Shown here: piece by piece, positions 23,900 to 59,830 of the stretch | Position numbering within the stretch: position 1 is the first letter of the stretch | Layout: every line of letters begins with the position of its first letter | DNA from: the human T2T-CHM13v2.0 reference genome, Homo sapiens | Assembly: GCF_009914755.1 (NCBI RefSeq) | Contig: NC_060936.1 | Reading direction: 5' to 3' (one strand) | Length of the DNA: 64,000 nucleotides | Translations under genes and position numbers: made by a program | Notes under the pieces: model-generated | Databases searched by the model: none | The model's input: only the letters and a program-made list of their open reading frames with translations | What the model was told of the DNA's origin: nothing

Positions 23900-24200
23900 A
23901 CACATCTATTTATTCATTCAGACAAATACTTGTCTGGTTGGGTTATTACTATGGACAGGAACTAAGATAAGCTCTAGGAATAAGAGATAGACTCATGAAG
24001 GGTCTTACAAAAGGTTAAAAAAAAAAAAAAAAAAAAAACAGGTTCTGGCTTTTACTCTGAGTGAGATGAGAAGCCTTAGGGGGTTGGAAGGCTGATCCCG
24101 CAGGGCCAAATCGACCACTGAAAGCAATCTAACTTTTACACTTCATGAGATGACAGGCCATTTGTGGTTTTTAAGCAGATGAATGACATGTTTTTGACCT
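23900..24200 (-). mobile_element. L2 fragment
   Basis: TATTCATTCAGACAAATACTT start and TTTTAAGCAGATGAATGACATG motif. Confidence 0.55.
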
Positions 24201-24429
24201 TTATTTATTTCTTTGTTGCCCTGAAATTTTTACTTGAGAAATTTCTAACATAAAAAGAATTTGCAAAACCAGCACAACAATCACCTAGATACATATACAA
24301 ACTTACGTATACACATATGTGCATGCATATATGTGCATATAAATTTTTTTCAGGTCTATTTGACATGCTTTCATGATGACTCTTCACACCTAAAACAATT
24401 CAGTACGTATCTCCTAACGTTAAGGTCAT

Positions 24430-28185
<3,756 letters not shown>

Positions 28186-28241
28186 CAGATGAGGTCTTGC
28201 CTAGGTGACAGAGCAAGACCCTGTCTCAAAAAAAGAAAAAA

Positions 28242-30495
<2,254 letters not shown>

Positions 30496-30716
30496 CCAAC
30501 TTTAATAACAACAATAAAAAATGGGAGGAGACTGTGTTGAAACTAGGTGTTGGATTCATGGAAGTTAAACTATTCTCTATTGTTATTTATGTTTAAATTC
30601 CCATAAGAAAATTTTTGAAAAGAAAAAAAAGCTTACATGAGTGAAGAGAGATGAAGCCTGAGATAAACTTCCAAAACTTCTCCCATATCTGGATGGCAAA
30701 TAAAACTACATCAAAT

Positions 30717-31505
<789 letters not shown>

Positions 31506-32039
31506 AAACTGTCTAAAGAATGAAAAAAGAGATGTAGAACGAAGAGCTGCTGCTGTAGAAGGCAAAATCTGCTTATGTGATGAATAAGACATAATCTGAA
31601 TTAAGCAATAATTAAGACTAAAAAAACAATAGTGTTCATTCACATCAACAGGATATAAAAGGAAGCAATAAGTAAGGCCTGTGGATGGTGAGTACTGAGG
31701 GAGTATGTGCCATTTCTATAGCATGTAGCAGATGGAGAATTCATAAAGAAAATGTCAGCATTTCATTTTAGCAAGTCTTTCTACTTCTCCCCACTGAGAG
31801 ATTTTCTCTAGGTAAAGCACAAAAACTAACAATAACTAATTCCCAGATTTTCTACTCACTAATTATGTAACAGGCAAACTACTACTCTACCTGTTTGAAT
31901 GTCATATATAAAATGGGGTAACTCTATCTGTCTTGCAAGATATTACAAAAATTAGAAACAAATCACTAACACACTGTGTGATTTGTACATGGCACAGAGT
32001 AGGAACTTAATAAATTGGAGTCAATATTGTTATTACTGA

Positions 32040-33685
<1,646 letters not shown>

Positions 33686-33807
33686 TTCCATGTACTGATA
33701 TATCAATAAATTGTTAATTTTATTGTTGAGTTATACACCATTGAATAGATAAAGCATAATTTATTCATTTATGTGTTGAGGAATATCTGGGTTGTTTCCC
33801 ATTTATT

Positions 33808-39585
<5,778 letters not shown>

Positions 39586-40158
39586 TTCACATATTTGGAA
39601 CTATTACTATATGTATAAACATTTATGATCATTAAGTCCTCTTGAAGAACTAACTCCTCTTTCATCATTAAATAAGCTGCTTATATTCATGGTAATATTC
39701 TTTGTTCCGAAATCTACTTTGATATTAATACAGTAAAATCTTGATTTCTTCTAATTGGTGTTTGCATGGTATATCGTCTTTCATCCTTCTACTTTTAGTC
39801 TGTGTATTGAAATATATTTAAAAGTTTGTTGCAGACAGCATGCGGCTGGGTCGTGCTTTTAGATGCAATCTGATAATTTTCACCTATTGGTAGTGGTGAT
39901 TAGATTGTTTGTATTTAATGGGATTATTGATATGGTTGGATTTAAATCGACCACACTTGTCCAATATGTTCATTTTCCTTTTTCTCTCATCTTTTAGATT
40001 AATTAAGCATTCTTATGATTCAATTTTATCTCCTTTATTGGCTTACTAGCTACACCTCTTTGCTTTTTTTAAGAAGTGGTTTATTTAGTGTATACTTTTA
40101 TCATAATCTATATTAAAGTAATATATCACTTCATATATAAGAATCGTGAAACAGTATA

Positions 40159-42859
<2,701 letters not shown>

Positions 42860-43028
42860 ACCTTGTACTACTATTTCACCTCTCCCAATCTTTTGGGCAA
42901 CTGCTGTCACTCACTTTATTTCTGCACGTTATAAACCCCACAGAAGTTTTATTATTTTTGTTTTGAACAATTATCTTTTAAATTTTTTTTCCAAATAAAA
43001 TAATATTTTCTCCACAGATTTCTGATGA

Positions 43029-43388
<360 letters not shown>

Positions 43389-43489
43389 TAGTTTTCTCCT
43401 GTCTTATAACACTTTCTGTAGCGGTGGTCTGATGGTGGTGAATTCTATCAGCTTTTGTTATGTTTTTAAAAGGCCTTATTTCATCTACA

Positions 43490-44185
43490 CTTTTTATTGT
43501 GACATAATTCATATACCATACAATTCACCCATTTAAAGTGCACAATTCTATGGCTTTTAGCATATTCAGAGTTATACTACCATAATCAAAATCAATTTTA
43601 GAACACTTTATCACCCCCAAAAGAAACCTTATACTCATTAGAAACAACTTCTGATTAAGTGTAGGAGGAATGGGGTATAGGGAGAGATTTGTTAAAGGAT
43701 ACAAAACTATAGCTAGATAGGAGGAATAAGTTCTAATGTTCTATACCACTGCAGCACAACTATAATTAACAATAATTTTTAGTTTCCAGTAACTAAGAGG
43801 ATACTAAATGGTCCCAATGCAACAAAATAATACAATTTGAGATGGATATGCTAATTACCCTCATCTGATCATTACACATTAGAGTATCAAAACATCATCA
43901 CTATGTAACCCATAAATATATACAATTATTATATTATGTCAATTTTTTAAAAAGGCTGAGTGTAGAGGCATGTGCCTATATTCCCAGCTACTTAGGAGGC
44001 TGAGGTTGGAGGACTGTCAGAGCCTGAGTTCAAGACCGTAGTGAGCTAGGATCACACCACTGTGCTCCAGCCTGGGCAACCAAGACTCCATCTCTTAAAA
44101 AAAAAAAAGGCAAAAGAATGAACTTCCTATTTTCTCCCAATTCCCAGCCCTAAGCCACTAATGTTTTGCCCATCCTGGACAGTTT
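43490..44185. mobile_element. Antisense L1M 3' end with a nested sense L1MA 3' end (about 43660-43950) and a FRAM-like Alu (about 43953-44108)
   Basis: CATACAATTCACCCATTTAAAGTGCACAATTC (-); AAAGGATACAAAACTATAGCTAGATAGGAGGAATAAGTTC, GATATGCTAATTACCC (+). Confidence 0.75.
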
Positions 44186-44238
44186 CCTCTTCAATTTTGA
44201 AAGGTATTTTCGCTGCATATAAAATTTTAGGTTGATAG

Positions 44239-45660
<1,422 letters not shown>

Positions 45661-46905
45661 TTGGTTCCTCTATATTTAACATGTTTTATTTTCTGTCTGC
45701 TTTTAAGACTTTATCACTAGTTTTAAGCAATTTGATTAAAATGCACCTTGGTATAACTTTCTTCATGATTTTTCTGTTGGGATCACACAGATCCAAATGG
45801 CTCAAAGAACTCAAAACAGAAAATCTCAAAGAGAACTACCAAAGAATATCATAATCAAATTGCTTAAGATCAGTGATAAAGCTGGAAACGGTGGCTTATG
45901 CCTGTAATCCCAGCACTTTGGGAAGCTGAGGCAGATGGATCACCTAAAGTCAGGGGCTCGAGACCAGCCTGGCCAACATGGTGAAACCCCGTCTCTATTA
46001 AAAATACAAAAATTAGCTGGGCGTGGTGGTAGGTGCCTGTAATCCCAGCTACTCAGGAGGCTGAGGCAGGAGAACTGCTTGAACCTGGGAAGTGGAGATG
46101 GCAGTGAGTGGAGACTGCAACACTGCACTCCAGACTGGGCGACAGAGCAAGACTCCATCTCAAAAAAAAAAAACAAAATATATCAGTGATGAAGAGAAAA
46201 TCTTCAGTGAGTTTTCCAGATCTGTGGGATTACAGTTTTCACTAAAATTAAAAAACTTAAGCCATTATTTCTTCAAATATTTGTCTCCCTTCCCACTTTT
46301 CTGAGACTCCAATTACACATATTTTTAGACTGCTTGATGTTGTTCCACTGCTCACTGACACTCTTCACTTATTTTTTTGTCTATCTATGTTTTCATTTAG
46401 AGACAGGCTCTCTCTCTGTTGCCCAGGCTGGAGTGCTGTGGTGTGACGTTGGTTCACTGCAGCCTTGAATTCCTGGGCTCAAGTGATCCTCCCATCCTGG
46501 TTTCCCAAAGTGCTGGGATTATGTGTTGGTATGAGCCAGTACACCCAGCCTTTTTTTCTATATTACATTTTGCATTAAGTTTCATTTGCTATGTCTTCAA
46601 GTTCACTAATTTTTCTTCTGCTGTGCCGATCTGCTGTAAATCCTGGGCACTATATTTCTCATCTCAGACACTGCAGTTTTCGTTTTTAAAAGTTAGATTT
46701 TGGTCATTTTTATATTTTCCATGTCTCTACTTAACATGCATTCTCTGAATCATTCCTGGGTCTATTTCTATTGACTGTTTTTGTCCTCATTACGGACTGT
46801 GTTCTCTGATGCTTTGTATACCTGATAATTTGTGACCAGATGCCAAATGTAAATTTTACACTGTTGGTTTCTAGTTTTAAAATATTCCTTTAACTAATTT
46901 TGGGC

Positions 46906-47212
46906 TTTTTTGCTGTTGTTGTTTTGTTTTTTTTGAGACAGAGTCTCGCTCTGTTGCCCAGGCTGGAGTGCAGTGGCGCGATCTTGGCTCACTGCAAGCT
47001 CTGCCTCCCAGGTTCACGCCATTCTGCTGCCTCAGCCTCCTGAGTAGCTGGGACTACGGGCGCCCGCCACCACGCCCAGGTAATTTTTTTGTATTTTTAG
47101 TAGAGACAGGGTTTCACTGTGTTACCCAGGATGGTCTCGATCTGACCTCATGATCCGCCCGCCTTTGCCTCCCAAAGTGCTGGGATTACAGGTGTGAGCC
47201 ACCACGCCCAGT
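46906..47212 (-). mobile_element. AluY
   Basis: CACTGCAAGCTC, TTCACGCCATTC and CAGGATGGTCTCGATC diagnostics. Confidence 0.92.
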
Positions 47213-47504
47213 CTGGGCTTTGTTTTGAGACTTAGTGACTTAGAAATAGTTTGATCCTTCTGAAGCTTGCTTTTATGCTTTATTAGGCTAGTCTTTGACA
47301 GCCTTTACACTGGAGCTAATTTGGTATCACTACTGAGGCAATATCCTTCTAAGGACTCTACTCAATGTCCCAGGTGTTAAGTGTTTCTACTCTGGTTAGT
47401 AGAAACAAAAAATACTCATGGCCCTTTATTCCTCAACTAATCCTTTCCAGAAGTCTTTCTCTGGCCTTGAGTAGTTTCCTCATACCAGTGAACTAAAGCT
47501 AAAG

Positions 47505-47657
47505 CATCCATGACAGGAAAGTTCAATAGAACTTTCTGTGATGATGAAACTGGGGCTACTAAGTATTTGAATTGTAGTTAGTGTAACTGAGGAACTCAAT
47601 TTTTATGTAAATATCCACATGTAGCTAGTGGCTACTGTATTACACAGTGTAGGTTTA
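47505..47657. mobile_element. MER3-like hAT-Charlie MITE
   Basis: CAATAGAACTTTCTGTGATGATGAAA...GTAACTGAGGAACT...CCACATGTAGCTAGTGGCTACTGTATT. Confidence 0.75.
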
Positions 47658-48565
47658 GGGGAACCCTCTGCAAATTTCCAGAGCTCTCTTTTTCTTAAGA
47701 AGCTCTCTCCTCTTAAATATTCTGCCACACAATTCCAGCTGCCTTGGCTTCTCGATTCCTACCTCTGTCTCCTCAATTCAAGATTGCCAGCTCTGTATGT
47801 GTATCCCTCCCAACCCTAGTTTCAACCCAGAAACTTTCTTCAGGCTGAAAGGTGGACAATCATAGTGCTCAAACTTCTTTCTTTTCTCTCAGGAATCACT
47901 GTTCTATGCTACTCTTTGTCCAATATCTGAAAACATTTTTTCATATACTTTGTCCAATTATTCACTTAAGACAGCAGCATAAATCAGCTTCCTGTTACGC
48001 AGCTATCACCAGAACTGTAAGTTCCCCTCCACTGAGTTTCTTTCAATCATTATTTTTTTATTTCTAAAATAATTTAATTGCTTATTTTACAAACCAACCA
48101 GTCTTGCTTTATTCTCTCATTTCTTATTCTTGGTCTTTATTTACTTTTCTATTTCATTAAATATATTTATTTTATGTTCTATATTCAATAATTCCAATAC
48201 CTAAAGTTTCTCTGGGTCTGATTCAGTTGTTTCTGTTGATGCTGGTTCACAGAACCGTGTTTCTTTTGTGATTTTTTTTTTGGTTTTTTGGTTACTATTA
48301 TAAGCTCACATATGTTGGTAATCTATCTTTAAGAATTCTTTGAAGCCAGGGTTGAGGTATATTCCACCAGGGATGATCTGAGTTTGCATCTCTCAGGTGC
48401 CTGGAAGCTCTATCAACTTGGATCTACTTTTTAAAAAAAATTCAATGTGTATATATATATATTTAACTTTTTAAGCAGAAAATACATTTTCTTAGTTCAA
48501 AAAACTCCAAACTAGTCCCCTTCCCCTTCCTCTTAGTTAGGCCTAACACTTCAACTAGCACGGTA

Positions 48566-49155
48566 TGTAGTAAAGAATTTAACCTTGCCCAAAGAGAGGT
48601 CTGGCATTTGCCCTTAGCTCTTAGGAAGTAATGTTAAACTCTTTGAATATCCTCTTGATAATGATTTACTAGGGGACTTAAGCCATGACAGATAAGTCTA
48701 CCAATATGATTTATGGTAGGGACTTTAGGTTACATACTATCAACTCAACCTCAGGAAGGGCTGGAGACTGAGGTCAGCCACTTGGCCAATTATATCTATG
48801 TGATGGAGCCCCAGTAAAAATTCACGACATCAAGGCTTACGTAGCCTCCTTGGTTGGCAATACTCCATGTGTATTACCACACACCACTGACAGGAGGAGT
48901 TACACTATCCATGACTCCACTGGGAAAGGAAAACTGGAAGCTCAGCATCTGAAACCCTCCTGGACTTTGCCCATATATCTCTTCTCTTGGGTGATTTTAG
49001 TCTGTCTCCCTTCACTGTAAGTATAATAGCTTTAGTGAGTTCTGTGAGTCGTTCTAGTAAACTATTGAACCCGAGGGTGATCTTGCGGACCCCCCCAAAC
49101 TCTGCAGTTCCAAAAGTGGGGGGTGGATTTGGGGGCTGTTCTCTAACTTTGCACA
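48566..49155 (+). mobile_element. MER21-type solo LTR
   Basis: TG...CA ends; GGAAGGGCTGGAGACTGAGGTCAGCCA, GGTTGGCAATACTC, GTGAGTTCTGTGAGTCGTTCTAGTAAACTATTGAACC motifs. Confidence 0.75.
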
Positions 49156-50291
49156 CAGTCAGCAGGGCGAGGGCTGAGAATTTGTCTGTCATGGCTACGG
49201 TGGGACTAAGAAGGCAACACAAGTGATCTGGAGACTAATTTACATCTCCTAATTCTAATATAGAAGGATTAGGCAAATAAGTAACCTCAGATAGTTTTCC
49301 TCCTAGCCTTTACTCAAGAACTTTCTTGTCACCTACCCCCACTCTCCCATTTCCCACTTCCAACCCCTACCCCAGCATCTTAACACCATCAAATGATCTC
49401 AAGTGTCAGGAAAATCACATGTAGCTCCACCTCTTAAAAGGTGAAGGACCCTAGTTCTGAATTAAGATCTCTGGGGCAAACATAACTCTTGTGAAAAGTG
49501 TCATAGGAATTTGGAAAATGAGGTTAACAGCTCTGCAGATGATATGTGATTCTGGTTCTGAAAGTCACCTAAAAGACTTTCATTGTAAACTGATGCGAAC
49601 TCAATTTTATTAAGGGTGTAAAACTACATCATCAGGCCATCAGGGACAGACTTTAGCTCAAGTAAGCCACCGTTCTAGCATGCCAGTAATAAATAAGCAC
49701 TAACTTTGTTATGCAGCGAAAACTTGGATGGCTATTTCAGAAATCTAGCATGTCTTTTTTTGTACATTCAATTTGTAGTTTGTGTCATTTTAGTCTCCAA
49801 AATGTAATTTCAAGTAAGACTATAAATACTTAGAATTTTTACCATTCGAAAAGGCACAAAACAGAAAATCCCCAACACCTAAGATCCCTCTTTCCTACAC
49901 TATTACCCTATCATCCAACAAGTCTGCCCCATGGTAAGATGGATGAGGGCAGTAGGAACAGTTTGTAAGATTTCACGGGAAACAAGATCCTTGCTGTTGC
50001 CCTTACTATTGAAATCTGGAATTTAAAAATATATATATGAAATTTAAAAGCAACAGAAATTCAAAGTAATAAAAGAAAAAGAAGTCAATTCATTTCTTAG
50101 TTTCTCCTAAGATAACTCTTTGAGTGCAGGGACTATGCTTTAAATTATAAGCACCTTCAAAACAGAAGGTTAAATAAATACAAAATAGCACATATAAATT
50201 AATAAGAATTTGATAGCCTAAATCATAGAAAGTTTCCTAAAAAATGTTAATTTTCAACTGGCTTTTTCAAGGAGTAATAGCAAAGAGAGGG

Positions 50292-50960
<669 letters not shown>

Positions 50961-51306
50961 GAGGGCAAGATAACTAAGAAGGGAGAAAAAGCACAAGGGA
51001 AAAATAGTAAATTTAGTCTAGTTTGACTTAGTTGACACAGTCCAAAGAAACAAGCTAATGTCAGGACAGCAGTCAGTGAGCAAAGATGATATAAGCTGCT
51101 GAGAAATATGGGATTTATGCAACCGAGAGCCACTGTTACAGGGGAATGAATGGAATGATAATAAAAGAAATCACTGAGCAGTGATATGCCAGTTTCTGGG
51201 CCAGTAGAACTGATTAGAAGCAGCAACAGAAGACCAAAATTTGTTCTGGTTCAAAATATAAAAATATTTCATCATTACTCCAAGAATGGGAACCAAATAT
51301 ATACCA

Positions 51307-51310
<4 letters not shown>

Positions 51311-51349
<39 letters not shown>
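51311..51349. repeat. Pure poly(T) run of about 39 nt
   Basis: Directly visible. Confidence 0.95.
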
Positions 51350-51354
<5 letters not shown>

Positions 51355-52012
51355 ACACACACAAACTCAGAGACAGCCAACAAACTAGGGCAGGCAAACA
51401 AAGTTTTACCCTCTTCAGTGCCTAAATGATTAACAGCTACCCTTTTTCTGCCTACAGTAACATAAAAGGGTTAACTGTTTAAAGAAGTAAAGAACACAGG
51501 AGTAGCTGTGTATTCATATATCAAAAAGAAAAAAGCAGTGATATCAAGGGAGAGAAAAATATTTTCATGAAAGACAGGATGCAGAAAAAAATAGAACGAA
51601 AACAAAAAAGAAACATCAGTTCTGATGTCCTGCAAAACAGAAAAGGTAAGAAATATCATTCAAGATAACTGCCTTGTGCTTAGGTTTTGTCATTCTTCTT
51701 CCAAGCCTATAGTCTGTAGTAAGATAAGAAGACAGGCAATGAGAAGAAATACTCCCAAACAAAACAAGCCAATCCCCCACAACCCAAACCCCCAAAACAG
51801 AGAATTTCAAGATATCTCCAAATATCCAGGTCATATTTATAACTAAAATGAATCTTGATTTAACATTGTGCTTCTCATAGGGATTTCTCTTTCACCTTTC
51901 CTAAATGAGTAACATCAATGCAACAACTATAAAAACAAAAAGTAAATATCATCAGAAAAGCCAGTATAACATAATATCTTTGAGCATAGTCTAAGGGAAG
52001 GATATGGCATAG

Positions 52013-52402
<390 letters not shown>

Positions 52403-53159
52403 AACTGTGGCCTGTTCTTATATTATCTCAAAGCCTTCCCAGGATGGACCAGTGGGATTTAACATGAACCAGGTATGTCATCCAAGTTGAAGACAGACAC
52501 GTGGGTCCTAATGAGCAGTGGTGAAAAAACATAGTGCTCCATTCAGCTCCCAACAATGATAAATAATTCAGGAAAAGAACTGCCGCAATACAGAGCACAG
52601 CAGCAGGATTTAAAAATAGACCACAGGCTAGAAAGCCTTGGGGCGGGGGTGTGGGGGGAATCAGGAGTCACAGAGAAAATGGATTTCTGTCAACAAATTC
52701 CCAAGCTCTTTGCAATAAAGGGTGCTGCTGAAATTGGCACGCAAACCAAATGCCAAATTCTAATGTACTTCCTCAAAAATCAAATATTTTTCAGGAATTT
52801 GGCAAATCTGATAACAAGAGAGCTAATAAACAATGGTACTATTTGGAAAGAGCAGTTATGATAGAGAAAGCAAATCTAAATGACATAGGAAGATATGTTT
52901 TTTAAAAAATAAGGGATTAAAACTCGATTTTCCACACCACCAAATTCTAGGTCTAACATCAATTTAGACTTCTACTAATTATGCCTCTAGTACTGAGATA
53001 GCACTCAATATTTTGCTATTCCTTTTTCCACCTCTAATAGATCCTACAAGTCAACACATGCAAACACAAGAGTCACACCAATCAATAAAAAGGGTAGCTT
53101 GAAAACTGAACAAAATCCATGATTATGGTCTTCCCAGATTTAAATTAAACTCCAACTCT

Positions 53160-55417
<2,258 letters not shown>

Positions 55418-55911
55418 TTAAAAATAAATAAAAATATACACCTCTCTTCATAAGTCTGAGATTAATTTCAGACAACTGGAAATTTTAGGACAATATAAGA
55501 CAATTTTTATGTCTAATCTCCCTATAAAAGTATAATATAGAATATAAAACCATAATCTGATCCTTTTATACATTACTTTATCCCAAGTAAGCAAACAAAT
55601 GGTATCGAAAAAAATTCTTGTTCAGTATAAACTGCAAACCAACATATAATCAGATGAATATCAGATGAATATGCTCCTGCCTCACCTATTTTTAGAGGAA
55701 AAAAATGGCTATATCTCTTCATAACTGTGCCATTCAACTTACACTGTGCAAAGACCAGAACAGAATGCACTTGGAAGAAGCAGCGTTTTTTCAATTCTTA
55801 AATTCTCTAGACTCTATGAGTAAATACTAAACTGTATTTTCAAAGGAGAAACAGGCTGGTTCTTTCAAAATATGGTCCATTTAAAGTACTTATCCAGGTC
55901 AGATCAGCTGC

Positions 55912-56207
<296 letters not shown>

Positions 56208-56863
56208 AGATCAGCTGCTTTCTAACCCCTCTCCATCAACCAGAGTAAGCCATCATCTCATTCTGTAAACCCAGGCTTTCTTACTATTAACAACAGACAG
56301 CATGGTCAAAGGGGCCCAGTTTTGAGTTCTGGCACTCTTGGTCTTGGACCTATTCTGGGTCCTTCATTGAAGATAGAACCACTATGACCCTCCTCTGACT
56401 TGCCCATGCCCTCAGGGCAAGATGTCCATGGGACCAGAGGACATACCTACCTGAAGAGCCTTACTCGACTACTCTCAGCTATGCTCCAGATCCCAGGTTT
56501 TCCTGCCTAAGCAGCCCCAAACCCCAATCAGGGCCTTCAGTGGATTTCTTCTCATCTCAAACTTTGTCCTTCCATGGACAATAACCTTCTGTTATACACG
56601 TTCCATTGCCTGAATGGTGGGCAAGGGACAAACAACGGGAAGGGTACAGATGGAGACTAGGCTTGTAGGATATCCCTGAACCATCCTATTCTGTCTCAAA
56701 AAATAATTTCCCCTCAAAGTTCTAACAGTTTTTTAATTTTGATTTACTGGGTGAGGTGGCACATGCCTGTGGTCCCAGCTACTCAGGAAGATGAGGCAGG
56801 AGGTTCACTTGAAGCCAGAAGTTCAAGGCTGTAGTGAAATAAAATTATTAAGTTCCTTTTTTA

Positions 56864-57388
<525 letters not shown>

Positions 57389-57441
57389 TTAAAAATATGG
57401 AATGTGGGCTTCCATTCATGCTGTTGCCCAGGGACTGAAGT

Positions 57442-57942
57442 TGTTAGTAAAACCATGCCCCAAAAACTTAAACCAGTAACTAACAGAAAGTCTTGAGTTT
57501 GCAAGATAGCAGATAAGAAACAACTTTCTGAAACACTGAAACTCCTTCTGCTTGTAAGATAACAAAACTGGCTGAAATCAGTTGCAACCAATATAGCCAA
57601 CTAGAGTTCACTCTGAAGGAGCGTCATCACAGCCTGAATTGCCACCACATGCTTCATATTAACTCCTCCCAAATTTGAACATGGGACCCATGAGGAGTCA
57701 TGAAGAGATAACTGGGTACTGCCAAGGACTTTCTAGACCTCCCCTTTCCTTCCACCAATCACCTAGTAATCCCAGAATCTACCCGCTAAACCTGTTCTAA
57801 TAAAATTACTGCACCAGGAGACAGATTTGAGCTTGACTCCTGTGAGTCAACTGGCAATATAAGCTTTTCTTTTCTCAAAAACTCAGTGTCATAGTATTGG
57901 CTTGTAGTGCATTGGGCAGCAAGCCCCTTTTGCTTGATAACA
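57442..57942 (+). mobile_element. ERV1 MER4-group solo LTR (MER39/MER34-like)
   Basis: TGTT...AACA ends; CATGCCCCAAAA start; CCAATCA box; GAGACAGATTTGAGCTTGACTCC and GCTTTTCTTTTCTCAAAAAC motifs. Confidence 0.7.
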
Positions 57943-58057
57943 TTAGGACCATGCCTACCTAGCCCTATCACATACCAGGCTTTGTGATCCTAGATAAGTA
58001 ATCACCTCTCTAAGCCTCTCTTTATCTCAATGTAAAATAAGCAAGTTGAAACCTTTC

Positions 58058-58925
58058 GGCCAGGGGCAGTGGCTCACACCTGTAATCTCAGAAGTTTGGG
58101 AGGCCGAGGTGGGCGGATTGCTTGAGGTCAGGAGTTTGAGACCAGCCTGACCAACGTGGTAAAACCCCATCTCTACTAAAAATACAAAAATTAGCCAGGT
58201 GTGGTGGTGCATGCCTGTAATCCCAGCTACGCGGGAGGCTGAAGGGAGGCTGAAGCAAGAGAATCTCTTGAACCCAGGAGGCGGAGGTTAAAGTGAGCTG
58301 AGATCATGCCACTGCACTCCAGCCTGGGTAACAGAGCAAGACACTGTCTCAACAAAAAACAAACAAACAAAAAACACCTTTCATAGGATACTGTGATTAT
58401 ATAATTTTCAAAGTAATTTTGCAGGGTGTCTGGCCCACAGCAAATCTGTAACAAAATGAAACTATTATTACATGCTATGTCATCACTCTGTTTCCTATCA
58501 TGGGCAAAAAGGGGACATGAAAGGGCAAAAAAGTAGAGCCAATTTCAGATAAACTATAATCAAGAGAGCTGTTTGTGGGTCTCATTTTAAGGATTTGCTT
58601 TCATGGATTCCATCTTGGTCTGTCTGGTGGTATTATTTTTCTTTTTTTTGAAACAGGGTCTTGCTCTGTTGTCCAGGCTGGTGTGCAGTGGTGCACTCAA
58701 GATTCACTGCAGCCTTAACCCCAGGCTCAAGTGATCCTCCCACCTCAGCCTCCCTAGTAGCTGAGACTACAGGCATATGCCACCACGACTGGCTAATTTT
58801 TTGTGTATTTTGTAGAGACAGCGTTTTGCCATGTTGCCCAGGCTGGTCTCAAACTCCTGGACTCAAGACATCCTTCTGCTTTGGCCTCCCAAAGTGCTGC
58901 AATTACAGGTCACTGCACCCAGCCT
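58058..58925. mobile_element. AluS(+) about 58058-58373 and AluJ(-) about 58635-58925
   Basis: Alu motifs. Confidence 0.9.
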
Positions 58926-58957
58926 ATTTTTCATTCTTCTCACTAAAGTCTAAGTTC

Positions 58958-59549
58958 TGATTCAGCAATTCTACTTCTGGGTATATATTCAAAAGAATTG
59001 AAAATAGGGTCTCAAACAGATATTTGTACATCCATGTTCATAGCAGCACTATTCATAATAGCTACATGGTAGAAGCAAGTGTTTATCAACAAATGAATGG
59101 ATTTGTTCCAAATGTGGTATATACATGCAACAGAATAATATTCAGCCTTAAAAAGGAAATTCTGACATATGCTGCAACATGGATAACCTTGACGACACGC
59201 TAAAGCCAGTCACAAAACGACAAATTCTGTATAATTCCACTTATATGAGGTAGTTAGAATATTCAAAATCATAGAAGACGGAAAGTAGAATGGTACTTGC
59301 CAGGGCTGGGGGAAAGGGGGAGAGGAGAATGGGGAATTATTGTTTTATGAGTACAAAATTTCTCAGTTTTACAAAATGAAAATAATTATGGAGAAGGATT
59401 GGTGGTGATGGCTGCATGACATCATAAATGTATTTAATACCACTGAACTGTTAAGAGGGTTAATTCTGTTAAAATGGTAAATTTTATGTTATGGTTAAGA
59501 TGGCAAATTCTGTTATGTGGATTTTAACACAATAAAAAATTGGAAAATG
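58958..59549 (+). mobile_element. L1MB-type 3' end, followed by AluS (about 59550-59842)
   Basis: CAGCAATTCTACTTCTGGGTATATA, CATGTTCATAGCAGCACTATTCA, AATTCCACTTATATGAGGTA, GGTTAAGATGGCAAATTCTGTTATGTG. Confidence 0.85.
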
Positions 59550-59671
59550 AGGCCAGATGCGGTAGCTCATGCCTGTAATCCCAGCACTTTGGGAGGCCGA
59601 GGCAGGCAGATCACCTGAGTTCAGAAGTTTGAGACCAGTCTGACCAACATGGAGAAACCCTGTCTCTACTA

Positions 59672-59830
<159 letters not shown>

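Noticed and set aside
24005-24047. A-run flanked by AAAAGGTT/AACAGGTT as another poly(A)-only insertion
   Set aside because: The duplication is short and imperfect; simple A-run expansion explains it equally well.
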